Below, piece by piece: positions 14,134 through 26,595 of a stretch of 64,000 nucleotides of DNA. Position numbers and translations under genes: made by a program. The notes below the pieces were generated by a model. That model ran no database searches. It was not told the origin of the DNA and saw only the letters and a program-made list of their open reading frames with translations. The DNA comes from Escherichia coli (GTDB lineage Bacteria; Pseudomonadota; Gammaproteobacteria; Enterobacterales; Enterobacteriaceae), in assembly GCF_003334335.1 (NCBI RefSeq), contig NZ_QOWQ01000022.1, one strand, 5' to 3'. Numbering within the stretch: the stretch's first letter is position 1; each line of letters starts with the position of its first letter.

Positions 14134-14166
14134 CAGCCCGCTTTTCAGCGGGCTTCATTGTTTTTA
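14134..14166 (+). terminator. hairpin AGCCCGC-TTTTC-AGCGGGCT followed by T-rich tract
   Basis: Inverted repeat just upstream of aspC stop; T-rich tail on plus strand. Confidence 0.4.
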
Positions 14167-14170
14167 ATGC

Positions 14171-15361
14171 TTACAGCACTGCCACAATCGCTTCGCACAG
14201 CGGAGCCATGTTATCTGGTGTCATCCCGGCCACATTTACGCGACCAGAAGCAACCGCATATACGCCAAACTCTTCGCGCAGACGCAGCACTTGTTCTTTT
14301 GTCAGGCCACTGAAGGAGAACATGCCGTTCTGTTTGATGATAAAGCTGAAGTCGCGGTTTGCGCCTTTTTCCTGCAGCGTATTGACGAACAACTGACGCA
14401 TACGCTGAATACGCTGGCGCATATCAGTCAGCTCTTGTTCCCAAATCGCACGTAACGCATCGTTGCTCAGGATGGTGGCAACAACAGAAGCGCCGTGTGC
14501 TGGTGGGTTAGAGTAGTTAGCGCGAATCGCCGCTTTCATTTGGCTGAATGCGCGATCAACGGTTTCACTGTCGGCAGCAACCAGAGTACAAGCGCCAACA
14601 CGCTCGTTGTACAGGCCAAAGTTTTTAGAGTAGGAACTGGCAACAATCAGCTCTTTATGCATAGCCGCGAAAGCGCGCAGTCCTTCAGCATCTTCTTCCA
14701 GACCACGGGCAAAACCCTGGTAAGCGAAGTCAAACAGCGGTAACCAGCCTTTCTCAACGGAGAGTTGTGCCAGTGTTTGCCATTGTTCCAGCGTAGGGTC
14801 GATACCGGTTGGGTTATGGCAGCAGCCATGGAACAGCACTACGTCGCCAGCCTGAGCTTCATTCAGGCTGTTAATCAGTGCATCGAAGTCAAGAGTGTGA
14901 TTTTCCGCATCATAATAAGCGTATTCACGAACTTCCAGACCTGCAGAGTTAAAGACGCTCTTATGGTTCGGCCAGCTTGGGTTGCTCACCCACACACGCT
15001 TAACGCTGGTATTTTTTGCCAGGAAATCGGCAGCCACGCGTAGTGCGCCAGTGCCCCCCGGAGTCTGTGCCGTGCGAGCACGTTTGTCATTGATCAGGGC
15101 GCTACCTTTACCAAACAGCAGTTCCTGAGTGCAGCGACCAAATTCAGGGATGCCGTCAATGCCGAGGTAATTTTTGGTGGTTTCATTTTCGAGCAGATAC
15201 TGTTCAGCCTTTTTCACGCTGGTCAGTACCGGGGTTTTGCCCGTCTCATCTTTATAGACACCAATCCCGAGGTTAATTTTGCCGGGACGTTCATCGGCAC
15301 GAAACAGATCGGCCAGGCCCAGAATCGGGTCGGCAGGAGCGGCGGTAATGTTCTCAAACAT
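14171..15361 (-). CDS. aspC: aspartate aminotransferase
   Basis: 396 aa [42 protein letters not shown]-lysine motif SYSKNFGLY. Confidence 0.97.
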   Translation of the reverse strand: MFENITAAPADPILGLADLFRADERPGKINLGIGVYKDETGKTPVLTSVKKAEQYLLENETTKNYLGIDGIPEFGRCTQELLFGKGSALINDKRARTAQTPGGTGALRVAADFLAKNTSVKRVWVSNPSWPNHKSVFNSAGLEVREYAYYDAENHTLDFDALINSLNEAQAGDVVLFHGCCHNPTGIDPTLEQWQTLAQLSVEKGWLPLFDFAYQGFARGLEEDAEGLRAFAAMHKELIVASSYSKNFGLYNERVGACTLVAADSETVDRAFSQMKAAIRANYSNPPAHGASVVATILSNDALRAIWEQELTDMRQRIQRMRQLFVNTLQEKGANRDFSFIIKQNGMFSFSGLTKEQVLRLREEFGVYAVASGRVNVAGMTPDNMAPLCEAIVAVL

Positions 15362-15491
15362 GACGAGGTTCCATTATGGTTACAGAAGGGAAGTCCGCTA
15401 TCAGGGTAACGGGAGATTTACAAAATTCCAACTATTACTGATGAAAACGCAGGCTGTTTTTGCAAGACGTGAGATTGCTCTGGAAGGTATA

Positions 15492-15523
15492 AAAAAAACA
15501 GGACCAAAGTCCTGTTTTTTCGG
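15492..15523 (-). terminator. rho-independent terminator downstream of ompF
   Basis: A8-ACAGGAC-CAAA-GTCCTGT-T6; hairpin with U-run on minus strand. Confidence 0.75.
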
Positions 15524-15545
15524 CATTTAACAAAGAGGTGTGCTA

Positions 15546-16634
15546 TTAGAACTGGTAAACGATACCCACAGCAACGGTGTCGTCTGAACCTACGCCCAGT
15601 TTGTTGTCAGAATCGATCTGGTTGATGATGTAGTCAACATAGGTGGACATGTTTTTGTTGAAGTAGTAGGTTGCGCCCACTTCAAAGTAGTTCACCAGAT
15701 CAACATCACCGATACCTTCTACGTCTTTCGCTTTAGATTTGGTGTAAGCGATGGACGGACGCAGACCGAAATCGAACTGGTATTGCGCAACTAACAGAAC
15801 GTCTTGCGTTTTGTTGGCGAAGCCGCTGGTGTTTGTAAATTTATTAGTGATCGGCGTAGCGTTACGGGTTTCACCGTAGTTCGCTGCCAGGTAGATGTTG
15901 TTCGCGTCGTACTTCAGACCAGTAGCCCACTGTTCAGCTTTTTTACCGTTGCCAAGAGGTTGAGCTTCTTGCAGGTTGGTACGGTCAGCTGCACCATAAG
16001 CACCAACGATACCAAAGCCTTCGTATTCGTAGCTGATAGAACCGCCAACACCGTCGCCGTTAGAACGGCGTGCAGTGTCACGCTCGTTTTTACCCAGGTA
16101 CTGAACAGCGAAGTTCAGGCCATCAACCAGACCAAAGAAGTTGGAGTTACGATAGGTAGCAACGCCGCCAACACGACCAACGAAGAAGTCATCGCTGTAT
16201 GCAGTATCACCACCAAATTCTGGCAGCATATCGGTGTAACCCAGTGCATCATAAACCACACCGTAGTTACGGCCGTAATCGAAAGAACCAACGTCAGCGT
16301 ATTTAAGACCCGCGAATGCCAGACGCGTTTTGTTACCAGTTTGAGCGTCAGCGCCTTCAGAGTTGTTACCCTGGAAGTTATATTCCCACTGACCATAACC
16401 GGTCAGATCGGAATTGATTTGAGTTTCCCCTTTAAAACCAAGACGGGCATAGGTCATGTCGCCATTGCCACCGTAACTGTTTTCACCGTTACCCTTGGAA
16501 AAATAATGCAGACCAACAGCTTTACCGTACAGATCTACTTTGTTGCCATCTTTGTTATAGATTTCTGCAGCGTTTGCAGTACCTGCTACTAACAGAGCAG
16601 GGACGATCACTGCCAGAATATTGCGCTTCATCAT
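15546..16634 (-). CDS. ompF: outer membrane porin OmpF
   Basis: 362 aa ORF with signal peptide, C-terminal VGIVYQF typical of enterobacterial general porins. Confidence 0.97.
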
Positions 16635-16789
16635 TATTTATTACCCTCATGGTTTTTTTATGACACCTGCCACTGCCGTCAATAAGTTCTGTCAATAAAA
16701 ATTTACGGAACTATTGATGAGAGTTTGGTGTCTTTATGTGTCTGCAGGCATCTTTCCATTCAAACTAACGTTTCGCTACCGTGAAAGTG

Positions 16790-16880
16790 CTACAAAGATA
16801 AAGATTTGGTTTCAAAAAGAAAAAATATGTAACCAAAAGTAAAATTTAAGGAACTTTGTGAACACCGTCATATTTCCATA
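16790..16880 (-). promoter_or_regulatory. ompF promoter-proximal OmpR-binding region
   Basis: Contains TTTACTTTTGGTTACATATTT (reverse complement of 16823-16843), the classic OmpR site sequence upstream of ompF. Confidence 0.6.
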
Positions 16881-17198
16881 GAGACGTGATGATATTTACA
16901 GCAATTTTAATCTATTTATATGATTTCCTTATATTTAAATTAACTAAACGGAAATTTTGTTTCTGATGGAAACTTTATCGACCTGGCACAAAATCTTCTT
17001 TCAGACATCCAGAATGCCAAAAAATAGTATGAAAATTGTGCTATTAGCTAAGAAAAAACTAATCCGCAATAAGAATGCGGATTAGTTTTTGCGCGTAAAT
17101 GTTGCAATGTAATATTCCGTAACAGGATGATCGTTATGGCGGGGTTGCAAATAGATTGCTTGACTTAACAAACAGATAACTTGACAGAAAAGATAAAA

Positions 17199-17225
17199 AA
17201 AGAGCCAGCGGGCGCTGGCTCTTGA
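17199..17225 (-). terminator. rho-independent terminator downstream of asnS
   Basis: Palindrome GAGCCAGCG-GGC-GCTGGCTC flanked by A7 on plus strand (U-run on minus strand). Confidence 0.7.
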
Positions 17226-17235
17226 AGACGCTAAA

Positions 17236-18636
17236 TTAGAAGCTGGCGTTACGCGGAGTACGTGGGAACGGAATCACATCACGTACGTTTTGCACGCCAG
17301 TTACGTAAGCAATCAGACGTTCAAAACCAAGACCGAAACCTGAATGCGGAACAGTACCGTAGCGACGCAGATCGCGATACCACCAGTAATCTTCTTTATT
17401 CAGGCCCATTTCCAGCATACGCTCGTCCAGCACGTCCAGACGTTCTTCACGCTGGGAGCCACCAATGATCTCACCGATGCCCGGAGCCAGAACGTCCATA
17501 GCCGCAACGGTTTTACCGTCTTCGTTAAGGCGCATATAGAACGCTTTAATATCTTTCGGATAGTTTTTAACCACTACCGGTGCTTTAAAGTGTTCTTCCG
17601 CCAGATAACGCTCATGCTCAGAAGAGAGATCGACTCCCCAGTAAACCGGGTTTTCAAACTTCCTGCCGCAGTTTTCGAGAATGGTCACTGCGTCGGTATA
17701 ATCCACCTGCGCAAAATCGGCTTCAATGAAGCGTTCCAGACGTGAAACGGCATCTTTATCTACGCGTTCAGCGAAGAATTTCATGTCGTCAGCGCGTTCT
17801 TCGAGAACCGCTTTGAAGACATATTTCAGCATGGCTTCAGCCAGACCCGCAATATCGTTCAGGTTAGCAAACGCCACTTCCGGCTCCAGCATCCAGAATT
17901 CCGCCAGGTGACGGCTGGTGTTGGAGTTTTCAGCACGGAAAGTCGGGCCGAAGGTATAAATTTTGGACAATGCGCAAGCGTAGGTTTCGCCGTTCAACTG
18001 GCCAGATACGGTCAGGAAAGACTCTTTACCAAAGAAGTCTTTGTCGAAATCCACTTTGCCCTGATCGTTACGCGGCAGGTTTTCCAGATCCAGCGTAGAA
18101 ACGCGGAACATTTCGCCTGCACCTTCGGTATCAGATGCGGTAATCAGTGGCGTTGAAACCCAGAAGAATCCCTGCTCGTTAAAGAAGCGATGCAGCGCCT
18201 GCGCCAGCGTATGGCGAACGCGCGCGACGGCACCAATCAGGTTTGTGCGCGGACGCAGGTGAGCGACTTCACGCAGATACTCAATGCTGTGGCGTTTTGC
18301 CGCCATCGGGTAAGTGTCTGGATCTTCAACCCAACCAGCAACTTCAACCTTGCTGGCCTGAATTTCAAATTGTTGCCCCTGGCCCGGCGACGCCACGACT
18401 TTACCCGTCACAATGACCGAGCAGCCGGTGGTCAGACGCAGGACGTCTTCATTGTAATTGGGCAGAGAATTATTGATGACAGCCTGTACAGGATCAAAGC
18501 AGGAACCGTCATAAACGGCGAGGAAGGAGATGCCAGCTTTTGAATCTCGGCGGGTACGTACCCATCCGCGCACGGTGACTTCGCTGTCAACGGCTACACG
18601 GCCCTGGAGTACGTCGGCTACAGGCACAACGCTCAT
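17236..18636 (-). CDS. asnS: asparagine--tRNA ligase
   Basis: ORF 17236..18681; start placed at [13 protein letters not shown] (466 aa); class II aaRS motifs. Confidence 0.95.
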
Positions 18637-18772
18637 AATATTCTCTCTGTTAATAGTCGGAAAAAATAAACACTTGTCCACCCGTAAATGGGGGGATACC
18701 TATGTTACCTGGCATCTGCAATCAGACAAGCAGAATTCGCAAATGCAGCGAAAGATTTCGGAATTAAAGGTA

Positions 18773-18798
18773 AAAAAAGGGAGCCGATTAGCTCCCTG
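18773..18798 (-). terminator. rho-independent terminator downstream of pncB
   Basis: AGGGAGC-CGATT-AGCTCCCT with A7 upstream on plus strand. Confidence 0.65.
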
Positions 18799-18804
18799 AT
18801 GATA

Positions 18805-20007
18805 TTAACTGGCTTTTTTAATATGCGGAAGGTCGAACGCTTTGCGCAGCGCCCGAACAAACGCTTTATCATGGCAGATAGTTTTGCCAGGGCTGTCAGA
18901 AAGTTTCGCCACCGGTTTACCGTTACACTCTACCAACTTAATGACAATATTCAGGGGTTTTACCTGGGGGATATCGCAGGTCAGGCGAGTCCCAATACCA
19001 AAACTTAATTGCACGCGGGAAGAGAAGTGGCGGTATAGCTCAACCGCTTTGCGTAAATCCAGATTGTCAGAGAAAACCAGCGTTTTACTCTGTGGATCAA
19101 TTCCCAGCTTTTCATAATGTGCAATGGCTTTTTCACCCCATTCAACCGGGTCGCCAGAGTCATGACGCAGGCCCTGATACCGACTAGCGAACTCGACACC
19201 GAAATCACGCAGGAAAGCATCCATAGTGATGCAGTCGGTTAATGCAATGCCAAGTTGGTCGGGATACTCTTCCAGCCAGGCAGCAAGTGCAGCTCGCTGG
19301 CTGTTGGCTAGATCCGGGCTGATTTGCTGATGTGCCTGGAACCATTCGTGTGCCTGTGTTCCCATCGGCGTGAGGGAAAGCCGACGCGCCAGATCGTAGT
19401 TGCTGGTGCCCACAAACCAGGATTCCTGTTGCAGACGCTTAACGATGGTTTCTTGTACTTCGCGAGAAAAACGGCGACGGGTGCCAAAATCCATCAGATG
19501 GAAGCGCGACATATCAAGACCGGCGGTTAACGCCGAGAAGTCGACTAATTTGCTTTCCAGCGTGTCGAGGGCTTGCGCAACGTCGGCCTGCGGTGAGCGA
19601 TAGCGATGTACCATTTCACTGATAACCGCCAGCAAAGGAACTTCCCAGAGGATGACTTCACGCCACGGGCCGCTTAAACGAATATCCAGCTTGCCATTAT
19701 CGTTGGACACGGTGACTTGTTCCGGGTTAAAGCGGAACTCGCGTAACCAGTTAAGATAGTCGGCCTTAAAGAAAGGCAGGGCAGAAAGCCACTGATATTC
19801 ATCATCCTGCAGGCGCAGGTGCTGCATCGCCTGAACCTGTTCACGAATAGCATCGGCATAAATACCCAGCAGATCGTCACCTCGGCAACGAAACTCCGCC
19901 GCGACATGCACATCGTAATAGTGATGAAACACGGCTTGCTGCATATGCAACTTATAAGCATCTGTATCCAGCAACGAGTGCAGAACAGGAGAAGCGAATT
20001 GTGTCAT
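18805..20007 (-). CDS. pncB: nicotinate phosphoribosyltransferase
   Basis: ORF 18805..20055; start placed at [20 protein letters not shown] (400 aa). Confidence 0.95.
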   Translation of the reverse strand: MTQFASPVLHSLLDTDAYKLHMQQAVFHHYYDVHVAAEFRCRGDDLLGIYADAIREQVQAMQHLRLQDDEYQWLSALPFFKADYLNWLREFRFNPEQVTVSNDNGKLDIRLSGPWREVILWEVPLLAVISEMVHRYRSPQADVAQALDTLESKLVDFSALTAGLDMSRFHLMDFGTRRRFSREVQETIVKRLQQESWFVGTSNYDLARRLSLTPMGTQAHEWFQAHQQISPDLANSQRAALAAWLEEYPDQLGIALTDCITMDAFLRDFGVEFASRYQGLRHDSGDPVEWGEKAIAHYEKLGIDPQSKTLVFSDNLDLRKAVELYRHFSSRVQLSFGIGTRLTCDIPQVKPLNIVIKLVECNGKPVAKLSDSPGKTICHDKAFVRALRKAFDLPHIKKAS

Positions 20008-20272
20008 AGGTGCGCAGTAGCGTCCTCGTACAGGAGCGTTTAGTACAATAAACATCTTCAGGAACTGCTGGAGTATACCTTGTTTCGCAATTTATTGAAC
20101 CCCGATCACACCATATGCCACCTTTCTGGTCGATGGCATTACGCGGTGTATGTTATAAAAATGTAGCAATAAAGGCGTTTGTACCTGAAAAGATGAAGAT
20201 TCTGCATAGCGCGATTTACGCAACAGGAATAGACTGAACACCAGACTCTATAAAAGATGCTAAAGGTTATTT

Positions 20273-22885
20273 ATGACTCAACAGCCACAAGCCAAATACC
20301 GTCACGATTATCGTGCGCCGGATTACCAGATTACTGATATTGACTTGACCTTTGACCTCGACGCGCAAAAGACGGTCGTTACCGCGGTCAGCCAGGCTGT
20401 CCGTCATGGTGCATCAGATGCTCCCCTTCGTCTCAACGGCGAAGACCTCAAACTGGTTTCTGTTCATATTAATGATGAGCCGTGGACCGCCTGGAAAGAA
20501 GAAGAGGGCGCACTGGTTATCAGTAATTTGCCGGAGCGTTTTACGCTTAAGATCATTAATGAAATAAGCCCGGCGGCGAATACCGCGCTGGAAGGGCTTT
20601 ATCAGTCAGGCGATGCGCTTTGCACCCAGTGTGAAGCCGAAGGTTTCCGCCATATTACGTATTATCTCGACCGCCCGGACGTGCTGGCGCGTTTTACCAC
20701 CAAAATTATTGCCGATAAAATCAAATATCCCTTCCTGCTTTCCAATGGTAACCGCGTTGCGCAAGGCGAACTGGAAAACGGACGCCATTGGGTACAGTGG
20801 CAGGACCCGTTCCCGAAACCGTGCTACCTGTTTGCGCTGGTGGCAGGCGACTTTGATGTACTGCGCGATACCTTTACCACGCGTTCTGGTCGCGAAGTAG
20901 CACTGGAGCTGTACGTCGATCGCGGCAACCTTGATCGCGCGCCGTGGGCGATGACCTCGCTGAAAAACTCCATGAAATGGGATGAAGAACGCTTTGGCCT
21001 GGAGTATGACCTCGACATCTATATGATCGTCGCGGTGGATTTCTTCAATATGGGCGCAATGGAGAATAAGGGGCTGAATATCTTTAACTCCAAATATGTG
21101 CTGGCCCGCACCGACACCGCCACCGACAAAGATTACCTCGATATTGAACGCGTTATCGGCCATGAATATTTCCATAACTGGACCGGTAACCGAGTGACCT
21201 GTCGCGACTGGTTCCAGCTCAGCCTGAAAGAAGGTTTAACCGTCTTCCGCGATCAGGAGTTCAGCTCTGACCTTGGTTCCCGCGCAGTTAACCGCATCAA
21301 TAATGTACGCACCATGCGCGGATTGCAGTTTGCAGAAGACGCCAGCCCGATGGCGCACCCGATCCGCCCGGATATGGTCATTGAGATGAACAACTTCTAC
21401 ACCCTGACCGTTTACGAGAAGGGCGCGGAAGTGATTCGCATGATCCACACCCTGCTTGGCGAAGAAAACTTCCAGAAAGGGATGCAGCTTTATTTCGAGC
21501 GTCATGATGGTAGTGCAGCGACCTGTGACGACTTTGTGCAGGCGATGGAAGATGCGTCGAATGTCGATCTCTCCCATTTCCGCCGTTGGTACAGCCAGTC
21601 CGGTACACCGATTGTGACCGTCAAAGACGACTACAATCCGGAAACCGAGCAGTACACCCTGACCATCAGCCAGCGCACGCCAGCCACGCCGGATCAGGCA
21701 GAAAAACAGCCGCTGCATATTCCGTTTGCCATCGAACTGTATGATAACGAAGGCAAAGTGATCCCGTTGCAGAAAGGCGGTCATCCGGTGAATTCCGTGC
21801 TGAACGTCACTCAGGCGGAACAGACCTTTGTCTTTGATAATGTCTACTTCCAGCCGGTGCCTGCGCTGCTGTGCGAATTCTCTGCGCCAGTGAAACTGGA
21901 ATATAAGTGGAGCGATCAGCAACTGACCTTCCTGATGCGTCATGCGCGTAATGATTTCTCCCGCTGGGATGCGGCGCAAAGTTTGCTGGCAACCTACATC
22001 AAGCTGAACGTCGCGCGTCATCAGCAAGGTCAGCCGCTGTCTCTGCCGGTGCATGTGGCTGATGCTTTCCGCGCGGTACTGCTTGATGAGAAGATTGATC
22101 CAGCGCTGGCGGCAGAAATCCTGACGCTGCCTTCTGTCAATGAAATGGCTGAATTGTTCGATATCATCGACCCGATTGCTATTGCCGAAGTACGCGAAGC
22201 ACTCACTCGTACTCTGGCGACTGAACTGGCGGATGAGCTACTGGCTATTTACAACGCGAATTACCAGAGCGAGTACCGTGTTGAGCATGAAGATATTGCA
22301 AAACGCACTCTGCGTAATGCCTGCCTGCGTTTCCTCGCTTTTGGTGAAACGCATCTGGCTGATGTGCTGGTGAGCAAGCAGTTCCACGAAGCAAACAATA
22401 TGACTGATGCGCTGGCGGCGCTTTCTGCGGCGGTTGCCGCACAGCTGCCTTGCCGTGACGCGCTGATGCAGGAGTACGACGACAAGTGGCATCAGAACGG
22501 TCTGGTGATGGATAAATGGTTTATCCTGCAAGCCACCAGCCCGGCGGCGAATGTGCTGGAGACGGTGCGCGGCCTGTTGCAGCATCGCTCATTTACCATG
22601 AGCAACCCGAACCGTATTCGTTCGTTGATTGGCGCGTTTGCGGGCAGCAATCCGGCAGCGTTCCATGCCGAAGATGGCAGCGGTTACCTGTTCCTGGTGG
22701 AAATGCTTACCGACCTCAACAGCCGTAACCCGCAGGTGGCTTCACGTCTGATTGAACCGCTGATTCGCCTGAAACGTTACGATGCCAAACGTCAGGAGAA
22801 AATGCGCGCGGCGCTGGAACAGTTGAAAGGGCTGGAAAATCTCTCTGGCGATCTGTACGAGAAGATAACTAAAGCACTGGCTTGA
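20273..22885 (+). CDS. pepN: aminopeptidase N (M1 family zinc metallopeptidase)
   Basis: 870 aa ORF with HEYFHNWTGN zinc-binding motif and GAMEN motif. Confidence 0.97.
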   Translation: MTQQPQAKYRHDYRAPDYQITDIDLTFDLDAQKTVVTAVSQAVRHGASDAPLRLNGEDLKLVSVHINDEPWTAWKEEEGALVISNLPERFTLKIINEISPAANTALEGLYQSGDALCTQCEAEGFRHITYYLDRPDVLARFTTKIIADKIKYPFLLSNGNRVAQGELENGRHWVQWQDPFPKPCYLFALVAGDFDVLRDTFTTRSGREVALELYVDRGNLDRAPWAMTSLKNSMKWDEERFGLEYDLDIYMIVAVDFFNMGAMENKGLNIFNSKYVLARTDTATDKDYLDIERVIGHEYFHNWTGNRVTCRDWFQLSLKEGLTVFRDQEFSSDLGSRAVNRINNVRTMRGLQFAEDASPMAHPIRPDMVIEMNNFYTLTVYEKGAEVIRMIHTLLGEENFQKGMQLYFERHDGSAATCDDFVQAMEDASNVDLSHFRRWYSQSGTPIVTVKDDYNPETEQYTLTISQRTPATPDQAEKQPLHIPFAIELYDNEGKVIPLQKGGHPVNSVLNVTQAEQTFVFDNVYFQPVPALLCEFSAPVKLEYKWSDQQLTFLMRHARNDFSRWDAAQSLLATYIKLNVARHQQGQPLSLPVHVADAFRAVLLDEKIDPALAAEILTLPSVNEMAELFDIIDPIAIAEVREALTRTLATELADELLAIYNANYQSEYRVEHEDIAKRTLRNACLRFLAFGETHLADVLVSKQFHEANNMTDALAALSAAVAAQLPCRDALMQEYDDKWHQNGLVMDKWFILQATSPAANVLETVRGLLQHRSFTMSNPNRIRSLIGAFAGSNPAAFHAEDGSGYLFLVEMLTDLNSRNPQVASRLIEPLIRLKRYDAKRQEKMRAALEQLKGLENLSGDLYEKITKALA

Positions 22886-22894
22886 TAAATAACC

Positions 22895-22920
22895 GAATGG
22901 CGGCAATAGCGCCGCCATTC
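22895..22920. terminator. bidirectional terminator between convergent pepN and ssuB
   Basis: GAATGGCGGC-AATAGC-GCCGCCATTC hairpin. Confidence 0.6.
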
Positions 22921-22927
22921 GGGGAAT

Positions 22928-23695
22928 TTACCCCTGTTTTCTCAGGCGAGTTTCAGATTCACCACGTTGCATCACCCGTTGCAACACCTCCGCTTCCAGC
23001 TCCGCTAATCGCACCGACCCTAATCGACGCGGACGGGGGATATCCACTGTCAAATCCAGACCAATTTTTCCCTCTTCAATTAACAGCACCCGGTCAGCCA
23101 TCGCTACCGCTTCGCTCACATCATGCGTCACCAACAGTACGGTAAAGCCGTGCTCCTGCCAAAGTGACACAATCAAATCCTGCATCTCGAGTCGCGTTAA
23201 GGCGTCCAGCGCCCCGAGCGGTTCATCAAGCAACAATAATCCCGGTCGATGAATCAACGCTCTTGCCAGCGCCACTCGCTGTTTCTGCCCGCCAGAAAGT
23301 GCGGCAGGCCATTCCCCTGCGCGATTCTCCAGTCCTACCGCAGCCAACGCTCGACGTGCGGCATCGCGCCACTGGCCTTTAAGGCCTAACCCAACGTTAT
23401 CAATCACCGATTTCCACGGTAGCAGACGCGCATCCTGAAACATCATTCGCGTGTCTTCCTGAATTTCAGCCAGCGGTGTGGTGCCCGCTAACACATCGCC
23501 TGCGGTTGGCGTTTCCAGACCTGCCAGCAGGCGCAGCAGGGTACTTTTGCCACCACCGCTGCGGCCCACCACCGCCACAAACTGACCTGCCGGAATATGT
23601 AAATCCAGTTGGTTCAGGACGATATTTTCCGCGTAATGTTTGCTTACTGCATTGAGCAACAATGGCGTGCCCTGGTTCAGACGAGCAGTATTCAT
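22928..23695 (-). CDS. ssuB: aliphatic sulfonate ABC transporter ATP-binding protein
   Basis: 255 aa ORF with Walker [10 protein letters not shown] and ABC signature LSGGQKQR. Confidence 0.95.
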
Positions 23696-24483
23696 ACCGT
23701 GGCCTCCTTCAAATGATAAGCCGGGTTCCAGCGCAACCAGAGGCGCTCTAACAGCTGCGCGCTGACGTCAGCCAGTTTGCCGAGCAGGGCGTAAAGAATA
23801 ATAGCGACTACCACCACGTCCGTTTGCAAAAACTCCCGCGCATTCATCGCCAGATAACCAATGCCTGAATTGGCAGAAATGGTTTCGGCAACAATCAGCG
23901 TCAGCCACATCAGGCCCAACGCAAAACGCACGCCGACCATAATTGAGGGCAGGGCACCAGGCAGGATCACATGGATAAACAGCGGTATGCCGGATAATCC
24001 ATAGCTACGCGCCATCTCCACCAACCCGCGATCGATATTACGGATGCCATGCCAGGTGTTGATATAAATGGGGAATAGCGTACCGAGCGCCACCAGAAAG
24101 ATTTTTGCGGATTCATCAATGCCAAACCACAAAATCACCAGCGGGATCAGCGCCAGATGCGGCACGTTGCGCAACATCTGAATTGAGGTATCCAGCAGCC
24201 GTTCTCCCCAGCGAGATAGCCCGCTAATCAGTCCCAAAATCAACCCCAGCGATCCGCCAATTGAAAAGCCAATCAGCGCCCGCCAGGAGCTGATCGCCAG
24301 ATGCTGCCACAGTTCGCCGCTGGCGGAGAGCGTCCAGAACGCCGTCACCACTCCTTCCGGTGAAGGCAAAATACGCGTCGACAGCCAGCCAACCGAGGAG
24401 GCCAGTTGCCACACCGCCACGATGCCCACCGGTAAAAACCAGGGGGCAACGCGCAATAACCACTTCTTCACTGGCGTTGCCAT
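23692..24483 (-). CDS. ssuC: aliphatic sulfonate ABC transporter permease
   Basis: ORF 23692..24528; start placed at [10 protein letters not shown] (263 aa); overlaps ssuB start. Confidence 0.93.
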
Positions 24484-24493
24484 TATTTCTTCC

Positions 24494-25639
24494 TTAGCTT
24501 TGCGCGACTTTACGGGGGATAAAATCATTCGCCACCGCTTCGCCTTGCGGATTCAGCGGCTGCGGCTGGGGAATTTCCGGGATGGCGACATCCAGAAGCG
24601 GGAACAGCAACTCGCCAACCCGATACGCTTCTTCCAGATGCGGATAGCCCGAAAGCACAAAACTGTCGATGCCAAGCGCGGCATATTCGTTGATTCGCGC
24701 AGCGACCGTAGGACCATCGCCCACCAGCGCCGTCCCGGCACCGCCGCGCACTAAGCCAACGCCCGCCCATAAATTGGGGCTGATCTCCAGATTGTCGCGC
24801 TTGCCGTTATGTAACGCCGCCATTCGCTGTTGCCCTACGGAATCCGTCCGGGCGAATGCGGCCTGTGCTTTGGCGATAGTTTCATCATCAAGATGCGAGA
24901 TTAACCGCTCGGCGGCCTGCCACGCTTCGTCGTTAGTTTCACGAACAATCACATGCAGACGAATACCGAAACGAATTTTGCGTCCATGCGCGGCAGCTTT
25001 CGCCCGCACTTGTTCGATTTTCTCTTTAACCAGTTCCGGCGGTTCGCCCCAGGTGAGGTAGAGATCAACCTGTTCTGCCGCCAGCTCCTGGGCGACATCT
25101 GACGATCCGCCAAAGTAAAGTGGCGGATACGGCTGTTGAATCGCCGGGAAGAGCAGTTTTGCTCCGCGCACATGAATATGTTTACCGTTGAAATCGACGG
25201 TTTCTCTCTGCAATAAACGCCGCCAGACCTGGGTAAATTCCGCCGAGGCTTCGTAGCGCTCGCTATGATCAAGGAACACTCCGTCGCCTGCCAGCTCTTG
25301 TGGATCGCTGCCTGTGACCAGGTTAAACAACGCACGTCCATTTGAGAGACGGTCAAGCGTGGCGGCCTGGCGGGCGGCAACGGTAGGTGAGGTTACGCTG
25401 GGACGCAGGGCGACAAGAAACTTCAGCCGCTGCGTCACCGGGATCATCGATGCGGCAACCAGCCACGCATCTTCGCAGGAGCGCCCCGTTGGAATTAGCA
25501 CACCGGTATAGCCAAGACGATCCGCCGCTTGCGCAATTTGTTGCAGATAACCGTGATCAACCGGGCGTGAACCTTCTTCCGTTCCCAGATAATGCCCGTC
25601 ACCGTGGGTCGGTAAAAACCAGAACATATTCAGACTCAT
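24494..25639 (-). CDS. ssuD: FMNH2-dependent alkanesulfonate monooxygenase
   Basis: 381 aa [22 protein letters not shown] luciferase-like monooxygenase. Confidence 0.96.
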
Positions 25640-26595
25640 AATTGTTTTCCTTCCAGTTGAGTGGGCTGCCAGATGCGCTGGCGAATATCGACTTTTTTCG
25701 GCACCAGACGATTTTCATAAAACAGATCTGCCGTTTGCTGCTGTAAGGCGGCAACCTCGGCGTTAACCGGTTTGATGGTGGTAGGAGGGCGATGATCTAA
25801 GTAAGAGGCAATCACCGGTGCCGGTAAGCCCATCGTTTTTGCCAGTAAAGCGATGCTTTGCTCGCGCTGGCTGCGGGTTAACGCATCGGCCTCACTAAAG
25901 GTTGCCAGTACGCCCTGAATAAAAGCGCCGTTTTTTTCTGCATAGGGACGAGCTGCCAGATAAAACGATCCAGTTTGATTGAGATCGGTGCCGTCTTTCA
26001 GCACCCGCACGCCGCCCTGTAATAATGCAGCAGAGTAGTAGGGATCCCAGATAGCCCAGGCGTCAACGTTACCTTGCTGGAACGCGGCGCGGGCATCAGC
26101 GGGCGTCAGGTAAGTGGGTTGGATATCGGTAAACTTAAGTCCGGCCTGACGCAGTGCACGCAGTAAAAGGTTGTGTGAACTGGAACCTTTCTGAAAGGCA
26201 ACTTTGTGACCTTTAAGATCGGCTACGGTTTTGATCGGGCTGTTTTCTGCCACCAGAATCACTTCGGCTTTGGGCTTCGGTGGCTCGACGCCCACGTACA
26301 CCAAATCAGCCCCGGCAGCCTGGGCAAAGATTGGCGGAATATCCCCGGTACTGCCGAGATCAATACTGCCAACGTTTAACGCTTCCAACATTTGCGGACC
26401 CGCGGGGAACTCCACCCAGGAGATTTTTGATTCCGGATAGCGTTTTTCCAGTAACTGGTGGCTTTTTGCCAGCACCATACCAATACTGCCTTTCTGATAG
26501 CCTATACGTAACGCTTCAGGCGAGGATTCTGCAGCAACCGCAAAAGTAGAGACGCTAAGCAATCCCGCCAGCGCCAGTTTAATGATGTTACGCAT
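25636..26595 (-). CDS. ssuA: aliphatic sulfonate periplasmic binding protein
   Basis: ORF 25636..26637; start placed at [13 protein letters not shown] (319 aa, signal peptide). Confidence 0.93.

Noticed and set aside
16635-17235. 600 bp non-coding region upstream of ompF as possible foreign insertion
   Set aside because: The length matches the known long ompF regulatory region (proximal and distal OmpR sites), and the proximal OmpR site sequence is present.
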